Below, in pieces: positions 34,667 to 44,795 of a stretch of 64,000 nt of DNA. This stretch comes from Candidatus Latescibacterota bacterium. Its GTDB lineage: Bacteria; Latescibacterota; UBA2968; GCA-2709665. A program made the translations under genes and the position numbers. The stretch is from contig OZ250150.1 in NCBI GenBank assembly GCA_965237675.1, positions 2,688,001 to 2,752,000 of the forward strand, given 5' to 3'. The notes under the pieces are model-generated. The model saw nothing but the letters and a program-made list of their open reading frames with translations, was not told where the DNA came from and ran no database searches. The first letter of the stretch is position 1; every line of letters begins with the position of its first letter.

Positions 34667-35736
34667 GTAGGGGCGGTTCGCGAACCGCCCTGGGTGGTGG
34701 TTGATGCGGACGGGTTGTGTTTTGTCGTATCCGTCTTCCAATGAATCAGGTTTTGGTAAAAATCCGGTTCCGCGCACGCCTCGAACACGTCATCCGATGC
34801 TGGGGCAACCCGTGTGGTTGTCCCCCCTCGGTCGACGGATCCCGCGTTGCCATCGTCGCCGTGGGACGTACCTACGTGTTGTGTTTGGGTATGAAATTTG
34901 GGTTTTCCGAATCCGTATCCCATCGCATCGGATTATAAACGATGTACTCTCGAACGCGGTCCAATTCCTCATCGTTGCGGATCACGCGTTCGTAATAGTT
35001 GCGTTGCCACAGCGGTTGGCCGGGCGTATCCAGTGCGTTGTTGACGCGCCTGGTGGACACGGTCTTAAATGCCCCAATCAGACGGCCCAGGGGTTTGCGG
35101 AGCGCCTGATCCTTCTCCCGATTACCGCTGTTTTGGTCAAAAATGTCGATGATTCCGTGTAGATGGTTTGGCATGACAACGTACGTGTCCAGTTCGACGT
35201 ATGCATATCGCATTGTCAGCCACTCCCATGCGCTTTTGACCAACCGCCCGGTGTCGTTCAGGTGTACTTCACCGTCGATAATATCGCCGAACCAAGATTC
35301 GCGATCGCGTGTCACGACGGTAATGAAATATGCGCCTGGCTGTGTGTAATCGTATCCCTTCAGCCTGACGGACCTGCGGTTATGGACGTTGGGGTTGTAT
35401 CGGTGGGTCAATTATGAGTGATCCTCGACGACGAATTCAACAATTGGCATCACCGACTTTTTTAGGGGCGGTTCGCGAACCGCCCTGGGGGGTGGCAGAT
35501 GGGATATGGTTTTGCTGCATCGGATATCCACGAATCCGGTTCCTTTTCGCATGGGGTGACACTGACGGACCGCGATTTGCGATCGCGGTGCACGAAAATG
35601 TCGATAGCGGTGCTGACTCGGTCAAGCCTGCCGTGAGGCTGGATGCGGCAGTCCTGTCGACGACCGTCGCATTTTACGACACCGCTATCGGCAACGGTCA
35701 TATCCGTTTTCTGTAGGGGCGCTTTGCGAACCGCCC
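34667..35736 (+). repeat. GTAG-type REP palindromes (GTAGGGGCGGTTCGCGAACCGCCC) at 34667, 35462 and 35713; further copies at 28728, 23461 and about 17755 (degenerate)
   Basis: GTAG/TTAG tetranucleotide followed by the GGGCGGTTC-GC-GAACCGCCC hairpin, clustered around the RAYT gene. Confidence 0.88.
34872..35411 (-). CDS. REP-associated tyrosine transposase (RAYT, HUH/Y1 family)
   Basis: RRSVRLKGYDY..GAYFIT; VVMPNHLHGII (HUH); WQRNYYERVIRN; YIVYNP. Confidence 0.92.
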   Translation of the reverse strand: MTHRYNPNVHNRRSVRLKGYDYTQPGAYFITVVTRDRESWFGDIIDGEVHLNDTGRLVKSAWEWLTMRYAYVELDTYVVMPNHLHGIIDIFDQNSGNREKDQALRKPLGRLIGAFKTVSTRRVNNALDTPGQPLWQRNYYERVIRNDEELDRVREYIVYNPMRWDTDSENPNFIPKHNT

Positions 35737-36053
35737 GGGGGTGTCGTGGTGTGGACGGGATTTGGTTTGTCCGATCCGGATTCCGCCGAATCGAAACCGT
35801 CGCGAACCCGGTTTTTCTACAGAATTCATTGACGGGGCGGCGCCACGTGTGCACCGCAGACAGTGACCGTCGCAATTTGCGGCACAGGGCGGCTAAACGA
35901 ATTGGTGTTCACTTGGTGCGCGAGCTACTTGACAGCCAGCCAACACGCGCTTGTCTCGCAATCACTCCCCCTTGAGGGGGAATCGTGTCCCCTGAGCCTG
36001 TCGAAGGGTCGAAGGGCCGGCGACGGCTGATGCGGTGGGGGGATGTCACGCTT

Positions 36054-39000
36054 TCAACCAACCGCCCACCCCTCCGACAGGACCTCCGCCTGTTCGATCA
36101 CCGTCTGCGTGGCCTTCGCCTGCTTATCAGGCGGGTAACCGTGCCGGCGCAGGATGCGGCGCACCAGCACACGGAGGTGGGCGCGGACGTTTTCCCGCAA
36201 CGTCCAGTCGATGGTCACGTTGTTGCGGACCGTCTCCACAAGCTGCTGGGCAATGGCACGCAGCGTCTCGTCGCCGAGTACCTGTACCGCGCTGTCGTTC
36301 GTCTCCAGCGCATCGTAGAACGCCAACTCGTCCTCCGACAATCCCAACCGCTCGCCCCGCTCGTTGGCCTCCCTCATCTCCTTTGCGAGTTCGATCAGTT
36401 CTTCGATCACCTGCGCCGCCTCGATCGCTCGGTTCTGGTAACGGCGAAGGGTCTGATCCAGAATTTCGGCAAAGGACCGGGCTTGCACGACGTTCTTGCG
36501 CCGCCGGGTGGAAACCTCGCCCCTGAGCAGTTTCTGCAACAGTTCTACGGCGAGATTTTTGTGCGGCATCCCGCGTACCTCGGCCAGAAACTCGTCTGAG
36601 AGCACCGAAATGTCCGGCTTGTCCAGGCCTGCGGCGGCGAAGATATCCATCACCCCTTCTGACGCCACGGCTTTAGAGACGATCTGCCGGACGGCCAGAT
36701 CCAAATCCTCCTCGGTACGTCTCTCGCCTGCTGCCCGCTTGGACAGGGCCGCCGCCACCGCCTGGAAGAATGCCACGTCGTCGCGAATACGTCGGGATTC
36801 CTGATGCGGAACGGCCAACGCGAAGGCCTGGGAGAGCGCTCGCACCGCGTTCAGGCAGCGCTCCTTTCCGTCCTCCTGGGACAGGACGTGCTCCTGGGCG
36901 GCGGGCAGCAGGTTCAAGCGCTCCGTTGGGGTGCCGGAGGCCCATGCGGCCCAGTTGAAGCCGTGCAATAGCCCACAACACACCTCGTACTTCTCCAGCA
37001 TCACCGCCACCGCTTCCTCCTGGTCCAGCGCCGTCTCCCCGGTACCGCCGCTTTCCGTATAGGTGGCCAGCGCCTGTCGCAAGTCTTGCGACAATCCCAG
37101 GTAGTCCACCACCAGCCCCCCGGGCTTGTCCCTGAACACCCGGTTTACCCGGGCGATGGCCTGCATCAGCCCGTGCCCGCGCATCGGCTTGTCCACGTAC
37201 ATCGTGTGCAGGCTGGGTGCGTCGAATCCCGTCAGCCACATGTCACGCACCAGCACGACCCGCAGCGGGTCGACAGAGTCTCTGAACCGGTTTGCCAGAG
37301 CTTCCCTGCGGGCCTTGTTTCGGATGTGCGGCTGCCAATCGAGAGGATCGGAGGCGGAGCCGGTCATCACCACTTTGATGTTTCCTTTGTCGTCAGCGTC
37401 ATCGTGCCAGCCGGGCCGGAGGCGAACCAATTCGCGATAGAGGTCAATGCAGATGCGGCGGCTCATACACACAATCATCGCCTTGCCATCCAGCGCCTCC
37501 ACCCGCTGCTCGAAGTGATCCACGATGTCTTCGGCAATCTGCCGGACCCGCTTCTCCGCGCCGACGACAGCTTCCAACTGCGCCCACTTGGTTTTGAGCT
37601 TTTCCCTGCGCTCGACCTCCTCGCCCTCGGTGGCCTCTTCGAACTCGGGGTCGATCTTCGGCTTTTCTCGCTCGTCAAGGGCCAGCTTGGCCAGCCGGCT
37701 TTCGTAGTAAATGGGCACCGTGGCCCCGTCCTGAACGGCGCGCTGGATGTCATAAATGCTGATGTAATCGCCGAACACGGCCCGCGTATTGGCGTCGCGA
37801 AGCTCTATCGGCGTTCCCGTGAATCCAACAAAAGAGGCATTCGGCAACGCATCCCGCATATGTGCGGCGAACCCATCGATAAAATCGTACTGGCTGCGGT
37901 GCGCCTCGTCTGCAATCACCACGATATTGCGCCTGTCCGACAGCTCAGGGTGCGTATCCCCCAGTCCCAGGTCACGCCCTCTCCCTGTGGGAAAAGGTGC
38001 GGATGAGCATGCCGCCGAAGGCGGCATGAACTTCTGGATCGTCGTGAAGACCACGCCGCCGGCATTCACCGACAGCTTGTTCCGCAGGTCGGCCCTACTC
38101 TCCGCCTGTGTCGGCGGTTGGCGCAGCAGATCCTGGCAGCGCGAGAACGTGCCGAAAAGTTGGTCGTCCAGGTCGTTGCGGTCGGTGAGCACGACGACCG
38201 TCGGGTTCTCCATCGCCGGCTCGCGGATGATCGCCCCGGTGTAGAAGGCCATTGTCAAGCTCTTGCCCGACCCCTGGGTGTGCCAGACCACGCCGATGCG
38301 CCGGTCACCGGGCTTCCCGCCGGGCTTTCGGCCCGCTTCGTACCTTCCACCAGTGTCCACCGTCCTGTCAACGGTTCGTTGTAATTCCGCCGCTCGCAGC
38401 GTCTCGTCAACCGCGACCCTGACGGCGTGGAACTGATGATAGCCGGCCATCTTCTTCTCCAGCGCACCGCTGCCATCGTCGTCGAAAACGATAGAGTCAC
38501 GCACGAGCGCCAGGAAGCGGCTCCGATCGAAGACACCTTCCAACATCACCTGAAGTTCGGTCAAGAGCTTATCGGCCAGCGTCTCACCGGCAACCGTGCG
38601 CCACGGCTTGAACCACTCCTTGCCCGACGTCAACGTGCCGATGCGGGCTTCCGTCCCGTCCGAGACCATCAACACTTCGTTCATGGAGAACAGCTTCGGT
38701 AGTTCGGCCTTGTACGTCTGCAGTTGGTTCCACGCCGTCCAGATGGTGGCGTCCTCGTCCGCCGGGTTCTTCAGTTCGATTACGCACAGGGGCAGGCCGT
38801 TCAAAAACAGCACAATATCCGGCCTGCGTTTGTTTTTGTTCTCCGTGACGGAGAACTGATTGACCGCCAGCCAGTTGTTTCTGGCAGGAATTTCGAAGTC
38901 TATGACGCGGACCTGGTCGCCGCGCACGCGTCCATCTGTATCCCGATACTCGACTTCGACACCGTCGACGAGCATCCGGTGAAACGCACGGTTTCGGGCT

Positions 39001-39248
39001 TTCAGGGTCGAACCTTCGGGACGGGTCACCTTGCGGTAGGCATCGTCCAGCGCGGATGCGGGGAGGGTGGGGTTCAATTCGGCGAGGAAATCACGAAGCC
39101 TCCGGTCGAGCACGACCTGCCCGTAGTCCTCGCGCTCGGCATCCGGTGTCTCCGGCGCGATGTCCGGACCGTGCAGCACCTGCCAACCGAGACCGGATAG
39201 CCACTCAAGGGCCGCCTGCTCAACATCGGCTTCGAGGAGGGTGGTCAC
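36054..39248 (-). CDS. hsdR: type I restriction endonuclease subunit R
   Basis: [20 protein letters not shown] nuclease motif, [40 protein letters not shown]. Confidence 0.96.
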   Translation of the reverse strand: MTTLLEADVEQAALEWLSGLGWQVLHGPDIAPETPDAEREDYGQVVLDRRLRDFLAELNPTLPASALDDAYRKVTRPEGSTLKARNRAFHRMLVDGVEVEYRDTDGRVRGDQVRVIDFEIPARNNWLAVNQFSVTENKNKRRPDIVLFLNGLPLCVIELKNPADEDATIWTAWNQLQTYKAELPKLFSMNEVLMVSDGTEARIGTLTSGKEWFKPWRTVAGETLADKLLTELQVMLEGVFDRSRFLALVRDSIVFDDDGSGALEKKMAGYHQFHAVRVAVDETLRAAELQRTVDRTVDTGGRYEAGRKPGGKPGDRRIGVVWHTQGSGKSLTMAFYTGAIIREPAMENPTVVVLTDRNDLDDQLFGTFSRCQDLLRQPPTQAESRADLRNKLSVNAGGVVFTTIQKFMPPSAACSSAPFPTGRGRDLGLGDTHPELSDRRNIVVIADEAHRSQYDFIDGFAAHMRDALPNASFVGFTGTPIELRDANTRAVFGDYISIYDIQRAVQDGATVPIYYESRLAKLALDEREKPKIDPEFEEATEGEEVERREKLKTKWAQLEAVVGAEKRVRQIAEDIVDHFEQRVEALDGKAMIVCMSRRICIDLYRELVRLRPGWHDDADDKGNIKVVMTGSASDPLDWQPHIRNKARREALANRFRDSVDPLRVVLVRDMWLTGFDAPSLHTMYVDKPMRGHGLMQAIARVNRVFRDKPGGLVVDYLGLSQDLRQALATYTESGGTGETALDQEEAVAVMLEKYEVCCGLLHGFNWAAWASGTPTERLNLLPAAQEHVLSQEDGKERCLNAVRALSQAFALAVPHQESRRIRDDVAFFQAVAAALSKRAAGERRTEEDLDLAVRQIVSKAVASEGVMDIFAAAGLDKPDISVLSDEFLAEVRGMPHKNLAVELLQKLLRGEVSTRRRKNVVQARSFAEILDQTLRRYQNRAIEAAQVIEELIELAKEMREANERGERLGLSEDELAFYDALETNDSAVQVLGDETLRAIAQQLVETVRNNVTIDWTLRENVRAHLRVLVRRILRRHGYPPDKQAKATQTVIEQAEVLSEGWAVG

Positions 39249-39251
39249 GCG

Positions 39252-39602
39252 TCACTCCCGGATGCGAATACGCGAATCTTCGACGATCCAGAGCTGTCCC
39301 TGAAGAGAAGTGATCAACTCACCAAGCAGGGCGCTCCCGATGTCCAGCAAATGATCTCTCGATTGCCTGCTGGGTCGAATAACCACTATCCCAGGATACA
39401 ACTCCGGCGGGTAGGCCCTGATGTCGCTGAAATCCAAGTCCAACGTTACCAGGATTCGGCCTTCATGTCCGCAAACGGCGGCGAGGTTGGGATCGTCCGT
39501 CCCGATCATTTGCTGATCAAACACGTTAATCGCGTCGTGCCCGGCTTCCGCAAAGAGCGCTGCCATCTCCGCAGGCAGATTTTCGTCGAACTTGAACCGC
39601 AT
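39252..39602 (-). CDS. DUF5615 PIN-like toxin (VapC45-like)
   Basis: MRFKFDENLP...GHDA...GRILVTLDLDF. Confidence 0.85.
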   Translation of the reverse strand: MRFKFDENLPAEMAALFAEAGHDAINVFDQQMIGTDDPNLAAVCGHEGRILVTLDLDFSDIRAYPPELYPGIVVIRPSRQSRDHLLDIGSALLGELITSLQGQLWIVEDSRIRIRE

Positions 39603-39609
39603 GGCTTCC

Positions 39610-39981
<372 letters not shown>

Positions 39982-39985
<4 letters not shown>

Positions 39986-40260
39986 TCGTCTGCTTCGTCG
40001 ACGAAGGGAATCTTGCGGCTGCTTTCGTGGCGGCCTGGGATTTCGAGGTTCGTACCGCGCGGCGTGTTTTCAACCAGCCACCGTTCCAGGGGGACTGGCT
40101 CACTGGATCGAGTCTTCCATACACGCTCGGGTACTACGACAAACGGCTTCCGTACGTCGATGCGCTGCGGTCCCTCCTTTTCCGCAAGGCGCAGGATTTG
40201 GGACAGCCGGGCTTTCGCCTCGGCCACGGTCCAGACACGGTGGGATTCGGTGATGTGCAT
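39982..40260 (-). CDS. Phd/YefM-family antitoxin
   Basis: WTVAEAKARLSQILRLAEKEGPQRI. Confidence 0.82.
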
Positions 40261-40335
40261 GTTGGATCTCCCCGAAAACGTCGATATGGTCTATTATAGA
40301 CTATATTGGCTTCGGTGAGGATGGGCATGATTTTC

Positions 40336-40548
40336 CTATGCCAACATCAAGCGTTCGCCCTTGGGTTCCGGGATCGGGTCGCCAAACTCGCGGGCCGTTT
40401 CCAGCCACAAGTCCACGGCCTGATTGACGTTCTCCAACGCCGCCTCTTGCGTATCACCGTGGGCCGTGCACCCGGGAAGTTCGGGCACTTCGGCCACAAA
40501 GGCTTCATCTTCGTTGCTCCAATAAATGATAATCTCGTACTTGTGCAT
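40336..40548 (-). CDS. hicB: HicB-family antitoxin
   Basis: YEIIIYWSNEDEAFVAEVPELPGCTAHGDTQEAALEN...GDPIPEP. Confidence 0.92.
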   Translation of the reverse strand: MHKYEIIIYWSNEDEAFVAEVPELPGCTAHGDTQEAALENVNQAVDLWLETAREFGDPIPEPKGERLMLA

Positions 40549-40796
40549 TACTCGCTCCTTTCGAGATGGTGTCTCAGGACGACCTGCCGTACCTGTCTTA
40601 CCTGATATGGCTTGCTACCATCCCTTGGAAGGTTTATCCGTTCGGGGATCCCGTCTTTCCTGAAGATGTGGTGACTACCTCACGTTCGCTCGACGAATCC
40701 CAAGCGTAATAGAAACACCCAGAGGTCGTCGAAACGGATGTTGGCATCCGACCGGCCACTTAAGATTCTCTGTCGAAGTCCATCGCTGGCATTCAT
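40548..40796 (-). pseudogene. hicA: HicA-family toxin with internal stop
   Basis: ILSGRSDANIRFDDL..LLRLGFVERT*GSHHIFRK...KPYQVRQVR; TGA at 40680-40682. Confidence 0.85.
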
Positions 40797-40839
40797 TGTT
40801 CCTCTATTATGAATGTTTCTTGTGGTTCTGACCGTCTGA

Positions 40840-40932
40840 GTCGATGCCCTGCATGTTCGCCACACCTCGGCCGAGGCCAGCCAACCACTATGGGGCCGCC
40901 TGCTCAACATCGGCTTCGACGAGGGTGGTCAT
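40840..40932 (-). pseudogene. duplicated 5' end of hsdR
   Basis: ATGACCACCCTCGTCGAAGCCGATGTTGAGCAGGCGGCCC versus hsdR GTGACCACCCTCCTCGAAGCCGATGTTGAGCAGGCGGCCC. Confidence 0.85.
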
Positions 40933-41279
40933 GGTGATTCCTTCGCAAGGGCGATTCCGTACCTATCCATATTGGGTGGTCGATTTGGACGGGATACGAT
41001 TTTTGGTATCCATTATCCGCCGCCTGTGTTTGTTTTTAAATCGGTTCGTTGTAAGGATCAACCAACTCACACAATGTCGGAGCAGCCCTTGTCGTTGCCG
41101 TGGTGTAGTCCAGGAAATCCGGCTCTGTCACCACCAACTACGCGGATGATACGGTGCGCATCAACTGCAATGACAGGGCACGAACGCAATGTAGACAGCG
41201 CCCGACCCGCTGCAATGGAGTCCCTTCTTGCGAATCACTAGGATATAGTGTTCTCAGAAATCCGGCTCGATGATTGTAT

Positions 41280-42270
41280 TCATTGATCGCATTCAACCGT
41301 GACCACGATCGGTGTCCGCGATGTGGCTTCCACGACTGCAAACCCCAACTTCGAAAGACCAGCGCTCAGACAGCATTCGCGTTGCAGGTTCTCCACAACC
41401 TCTGTCGATGGGTTCAGGCTATCCAGTGGAACCAATTCAAGCTCCATATCACCGGAAATTTCGATGCCCTTGGCCTTCAGCTTTTCCCGTAGTTCGTCAG
41501 GCTGACGATAGAAGTAGTTTTCATGCTGTTTTATTTCGTGTACGAGTCTATCCCCGCATACTCTGCATAAGGTACTACCTCCAGCAGAGTTCGTCCCCCC
41601 TCCGAGCGGTGCAACCGGCTGCGTCCCTATGTTCGGGACGTGATTGATGTTTTTTCTCCGTAGCTCCTTTTTCTCTTTGTCTGTCAAAGTATCTCCGCTC
41701 ACACCGTGCAGCACACGGGCGTCAGTTAGTTCCGGCCAATTCACAAATACGATTTTTAGAAGATCTTGTCTCACCCATCCAAGCTTCTCAGGATCCTCAT
41801 GCCTTCTTACATCCACGAAAAACACCTCGGTATCGGCGACAATAGCAAAAAGCAGGTAATCTGATCTTTCGACAAATCCAGATTTTTCAAGTTTTCTGCT
41901 AAGGTGAAAATGGTGCATGCCAAAATCCCACAGGATGCCATCATCGCTCGTAGAATTGCTGACGTTCCTACTAAGGTGTGGTGTAACCCTCCTTCCGGAT
42001 TCAAAAAGAACACGGAGATGGAAAACCGTGTGCCATGCTTCCATCGCACTGTCGCGTTTGTCTCTATCCGACTCGTCCGCAAGTTTGCCCAACGAGTTGT
42101 GGATTTCACGGGAGAAATGAACGTCGCGCGGTCTTGGGTCAATCCTCCTGATTCGCATTTCACTATAGTTGGCTGCGAAGTCGCTCGCGTCGCCCTTTTC
42201 TTCAAAAGAGATACCTTCCGTCGCAAAGTAGTGTTTGACAATGTCGATCAGATCGGATTTGAAGTTCATT
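41280..42270 (-). CDS. hypothetical protein
   Basis: Long AT-richer ORF with motif D.IL.DFGMHHFHL...RSDYLLF; start taken at MNFKSDL. Confidence 0.75.
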
Positions 42271-42364
42271 GTTCCCACGTTCCCGTTCTGTCTGGACATC
42301 ACTACCGATGGACCCATCGACGTCCGCTAAATTGCTCCAACCCGAAACCGCCGCTTTTCCTGCG

Positions 42365-44638
42365 TTAAGCAGGCCTTTTGCAAACAGCTACAAACGTGTA
42401 AGGATTATCCCAGTCTTCGATTTTTCTGCCTACCACGACGCAACGAGAACGATCCTGAAAAGCGAATTGTGCTCCTGCCAATTGCTCGACAACCTCGAAA
42501 CGTCTTTCGGCGATCGCATCCGGATATACGTAGAATATTATGAACCCATCGCGGTGAGCAGGAGGAAGTACGACTAGCGAACAGATGTGTTTTGGGTCAC
42601 GATACGTCCTGGGTACTCGTTTACGCAGTTTCTCAATCTTCCGAAAAACCGTTCTTTGCTCCTTAAGATTGCCGATACGTAACAGATCGAGTGCCTTGGA
42701 AGTCCAACCCTCTCTATGCCTGCTCTGGATCTGGAGGACGATTTTCTCCAATGTGCGATGAATCTTCGGCCGTGGTTTTTTTACCTCCACGCCAGCATCA
42801 GCACTATTGAAGAAATGATCCACACGTTGCGATAATCCAGTGGTGATGAGCGGGCTGCTCTCAAGTTTCGATTCGTCGTAATTGAATCCAGTCTCTAAGT
42901 AAAGGCCAAGCAAGTCCATCTCATCGCCGATTAGTTCGATTTTCTTCTGGTTGCGTTCACGTTCGGCGAAATAATGCAGAAAGTAAACTGGTTCGCTTAG
43001 AATCTCGGCGACGCAGACAAGATCTGTAATGTTCAGTGTGGGAGCTAGCCTGAGCGCAGGGGGAACCCATCCCGCTGCTTTCAGTTCCCGTTCAGCGATC
43101 GCCATCATTGAGAAATCGTCAAGCGTCACCGAGATTCTTATGACCGTGTCTACCTTATCTGGTTCCAGGCCCAACGAGGAAATGGTGTCTACCGCGGCGG
43201 TCTCGCCTGACTTCGCTTGGCGGATCAACTGCTCTAGCCGTGCAGACTGCTCTGCTGGCTCCACAACAAGGTCGTGGACATGACGCTTAACACGCCCCGG
43301 TGCTCCGCGAAGACCTTGGACTGTTAGTGCTCCCGATTTCGCTTCGACGATTAGAGCGACTCGATCAACTTGGCCTACTAAGTCCGTCTCGTATCTTGTC
43401 CCTCTATAATTCCATTTTGCATTAAGGGTGAAATCTTCGGTCGGAAAAATGCGTTGAATGGTCTCCCTTATTTTGTTCTCAAGAAACCCAGCGCGTTGCT
43501 TGTGAAGCTTATCGTTTAGACCGGCTTGCTCAGCCAACCTGCGCATTAGGCTATGCATGTGACTGAGTGTAACCTGCGGCATCGTGAACAGGCATTTAGT
43601 ATTGAAGATTATCCCAGGCTTTGTCCAAATTGGGTTGTCAAGGAAAAATTCATCAACACGATCCTCAGCCAAATCGCCGGGGCGCATTGATATATTTTCA
43701 AGAACCCGCCGGACAACTTCAGACGAACGGCCGGAAGCTTGAGCGATTGAGTCGAAATCAAAAAGGAACAATCGAACAAGCTCAGTGTCGGCAAATGACA
43801 AAAGAGAGAATCTCACTTTGTCGAGATCAACATCCTTCGGCAGTGCAAGAAGAAACTCTTCTGGATCACTTTCAACCCCGATGAATTCGGCGAAATAACT
43901 TTCGACGAGTTTACGTACATTGCGCGATCGGAATACCCGTTTAATCTTTACCCACCTATTCGATGCACGCTCCTCTACAATACTCAAAATTGCTGCAACT
44001 ACTTCAATCAGATCCGTTGCGCTGAACCCGTAATAGCCGTGCAATCCCGAATCGAGAGGACTGTAGAGCTCGGTCGAGACATCGAACATCTGAGTCCGAT
44101 AGCCCCAATTTCGAACACATTGTGTATTTGCCCTTAAGCGCTCCTGAAGCGTCAGAATAGCATGTTGTTGTTCATCGCGTTCCTGTTCCAATGTGGACAA
44201 ACGCATAATTTGGAATGCATCTGCTAATTCGATTATTTCGTTGATAACGTGTTGAATGATATCAGGCGTTACCGGATTGCGGCCCCATTCATCCAGAGAC
44301 AATGTAAGCATTAAAGCCTGCAGCAACTCGACATGATGCTGTTGTATACCTATAATGCTTTGTTCCGATACGCCCGCGTCTGTGACCATGCGCTGTAATC
44401 CATAGTTCGCGAGAATCGCAATAATCTGTGGGGGCCCAAAGTCCCGAAAATGTCCAACCAGCGATTCGACAAGTTCAGGAAATTTATCCTCACATTCGCG
44501 AGCCTTTGAAAGGACATTCGCCTTCATCTCTTTTTGCTCGACATCAGAATATGAGTATTGCCAGATTCCAAAGCCGTCCGCAGATGGATTACTGTTTTTT
44601 GTCTTGCGTTTTCGTTTCGGTTTGCGTCTTCGTTTCAT
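42365..44638 (-). CDS. hypothetical protein with NERD/PD-(D/E)XK-like nuclease motif
   Basis: 757 aa; FLE...YETDLVGQVDRVALIVEAKSG..Q.ARL. Confidence 0.75.
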   Translation of the reverse strand: MKRRRKPKRKRKTKNSNPSADGFGIWQYSYSDVEQKEMKANVLSKARECEDKFPELVESLVGHFRDFGPPQIIAILANYGLQRMVTDAGVSEQSIIGIQQHHVELLQALMLTLSLDEWGRNPVTPDIIQHVINEIIELADAFQIMRLSTLEQERDEQQHAILTLQERLRANTQCVRNWGYRTQMFDVSTELYSPLDSGLHGYYGFSATDLIEVVAAILSIVEERASNRWVKIKRVFRSRNVRKLVESYFAEFIGVESDPEEFLLALPKDVDLDKVRFSLLSFADTELVRLFLFDFDSIAQASGRSSEVVRRVLENISMRPGDLAEDRVDEFFLDNPIWTKPGIIFNTKCLFTMPQVTLSHMHSLMRRLAEQAGLNDKLHKQRAGFLENKIRETIQRIFPTEDFTLNAKWNYRGTRYETDLVGQVDRVALIVEAKSGALTVQGLRGAPGRVKRHVHDLVVEPAEQSARLEQLIRQAKSGETAAVDTISSLGLEPDKVDTVIRISVTLDDFSMMAIAERELKAAGWVPPALRLAPTLNITDLVCVAEILSEPVYFLHYFAERERNQKKIELIGDEMDLLGLYLETGFNYDESKLESSPLITTGLSQRVDHFFNSADAGVEVKKPRPKIHRTLEKIVLQIQSRHREGWTSKALDLLRIGNLKEQRTVFRKIEKLRKRVPRTYRDPKHICSLVVLPPAHRDGFIIFYVYPDAIAERRFEVVEQLAGAQFAFQDRSRCVVVGRKIEDWDNPYTFVAVCKRPA

Positions 44639-44795
44639 GTCGTTCGTAAGTTCGAGCGCTGGGGTTGATATTGAACGGCGGGTCCTAATGGATTCGCCGG
44701 ATCGTCATAGAGATCGTAAAGACCACTTGATACGGTAGCTAGATCAGAAAGCAGCTCGGCACAAAATGGTCAACTACTCACATCCGTTCCTTGGA

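Noticed and set aside
34451-34777. N-terminal extension of the PhyH ORF (438 aa call)
   Set aside because: Runs through REP-containing intergenic DNA; the family-like sequence starts at ATG 34450.
40940-41283. Possible small gene between the hypothetical ORF and the hsdR-start copy
   Set aside because: Multiple stops and no recognisable family.
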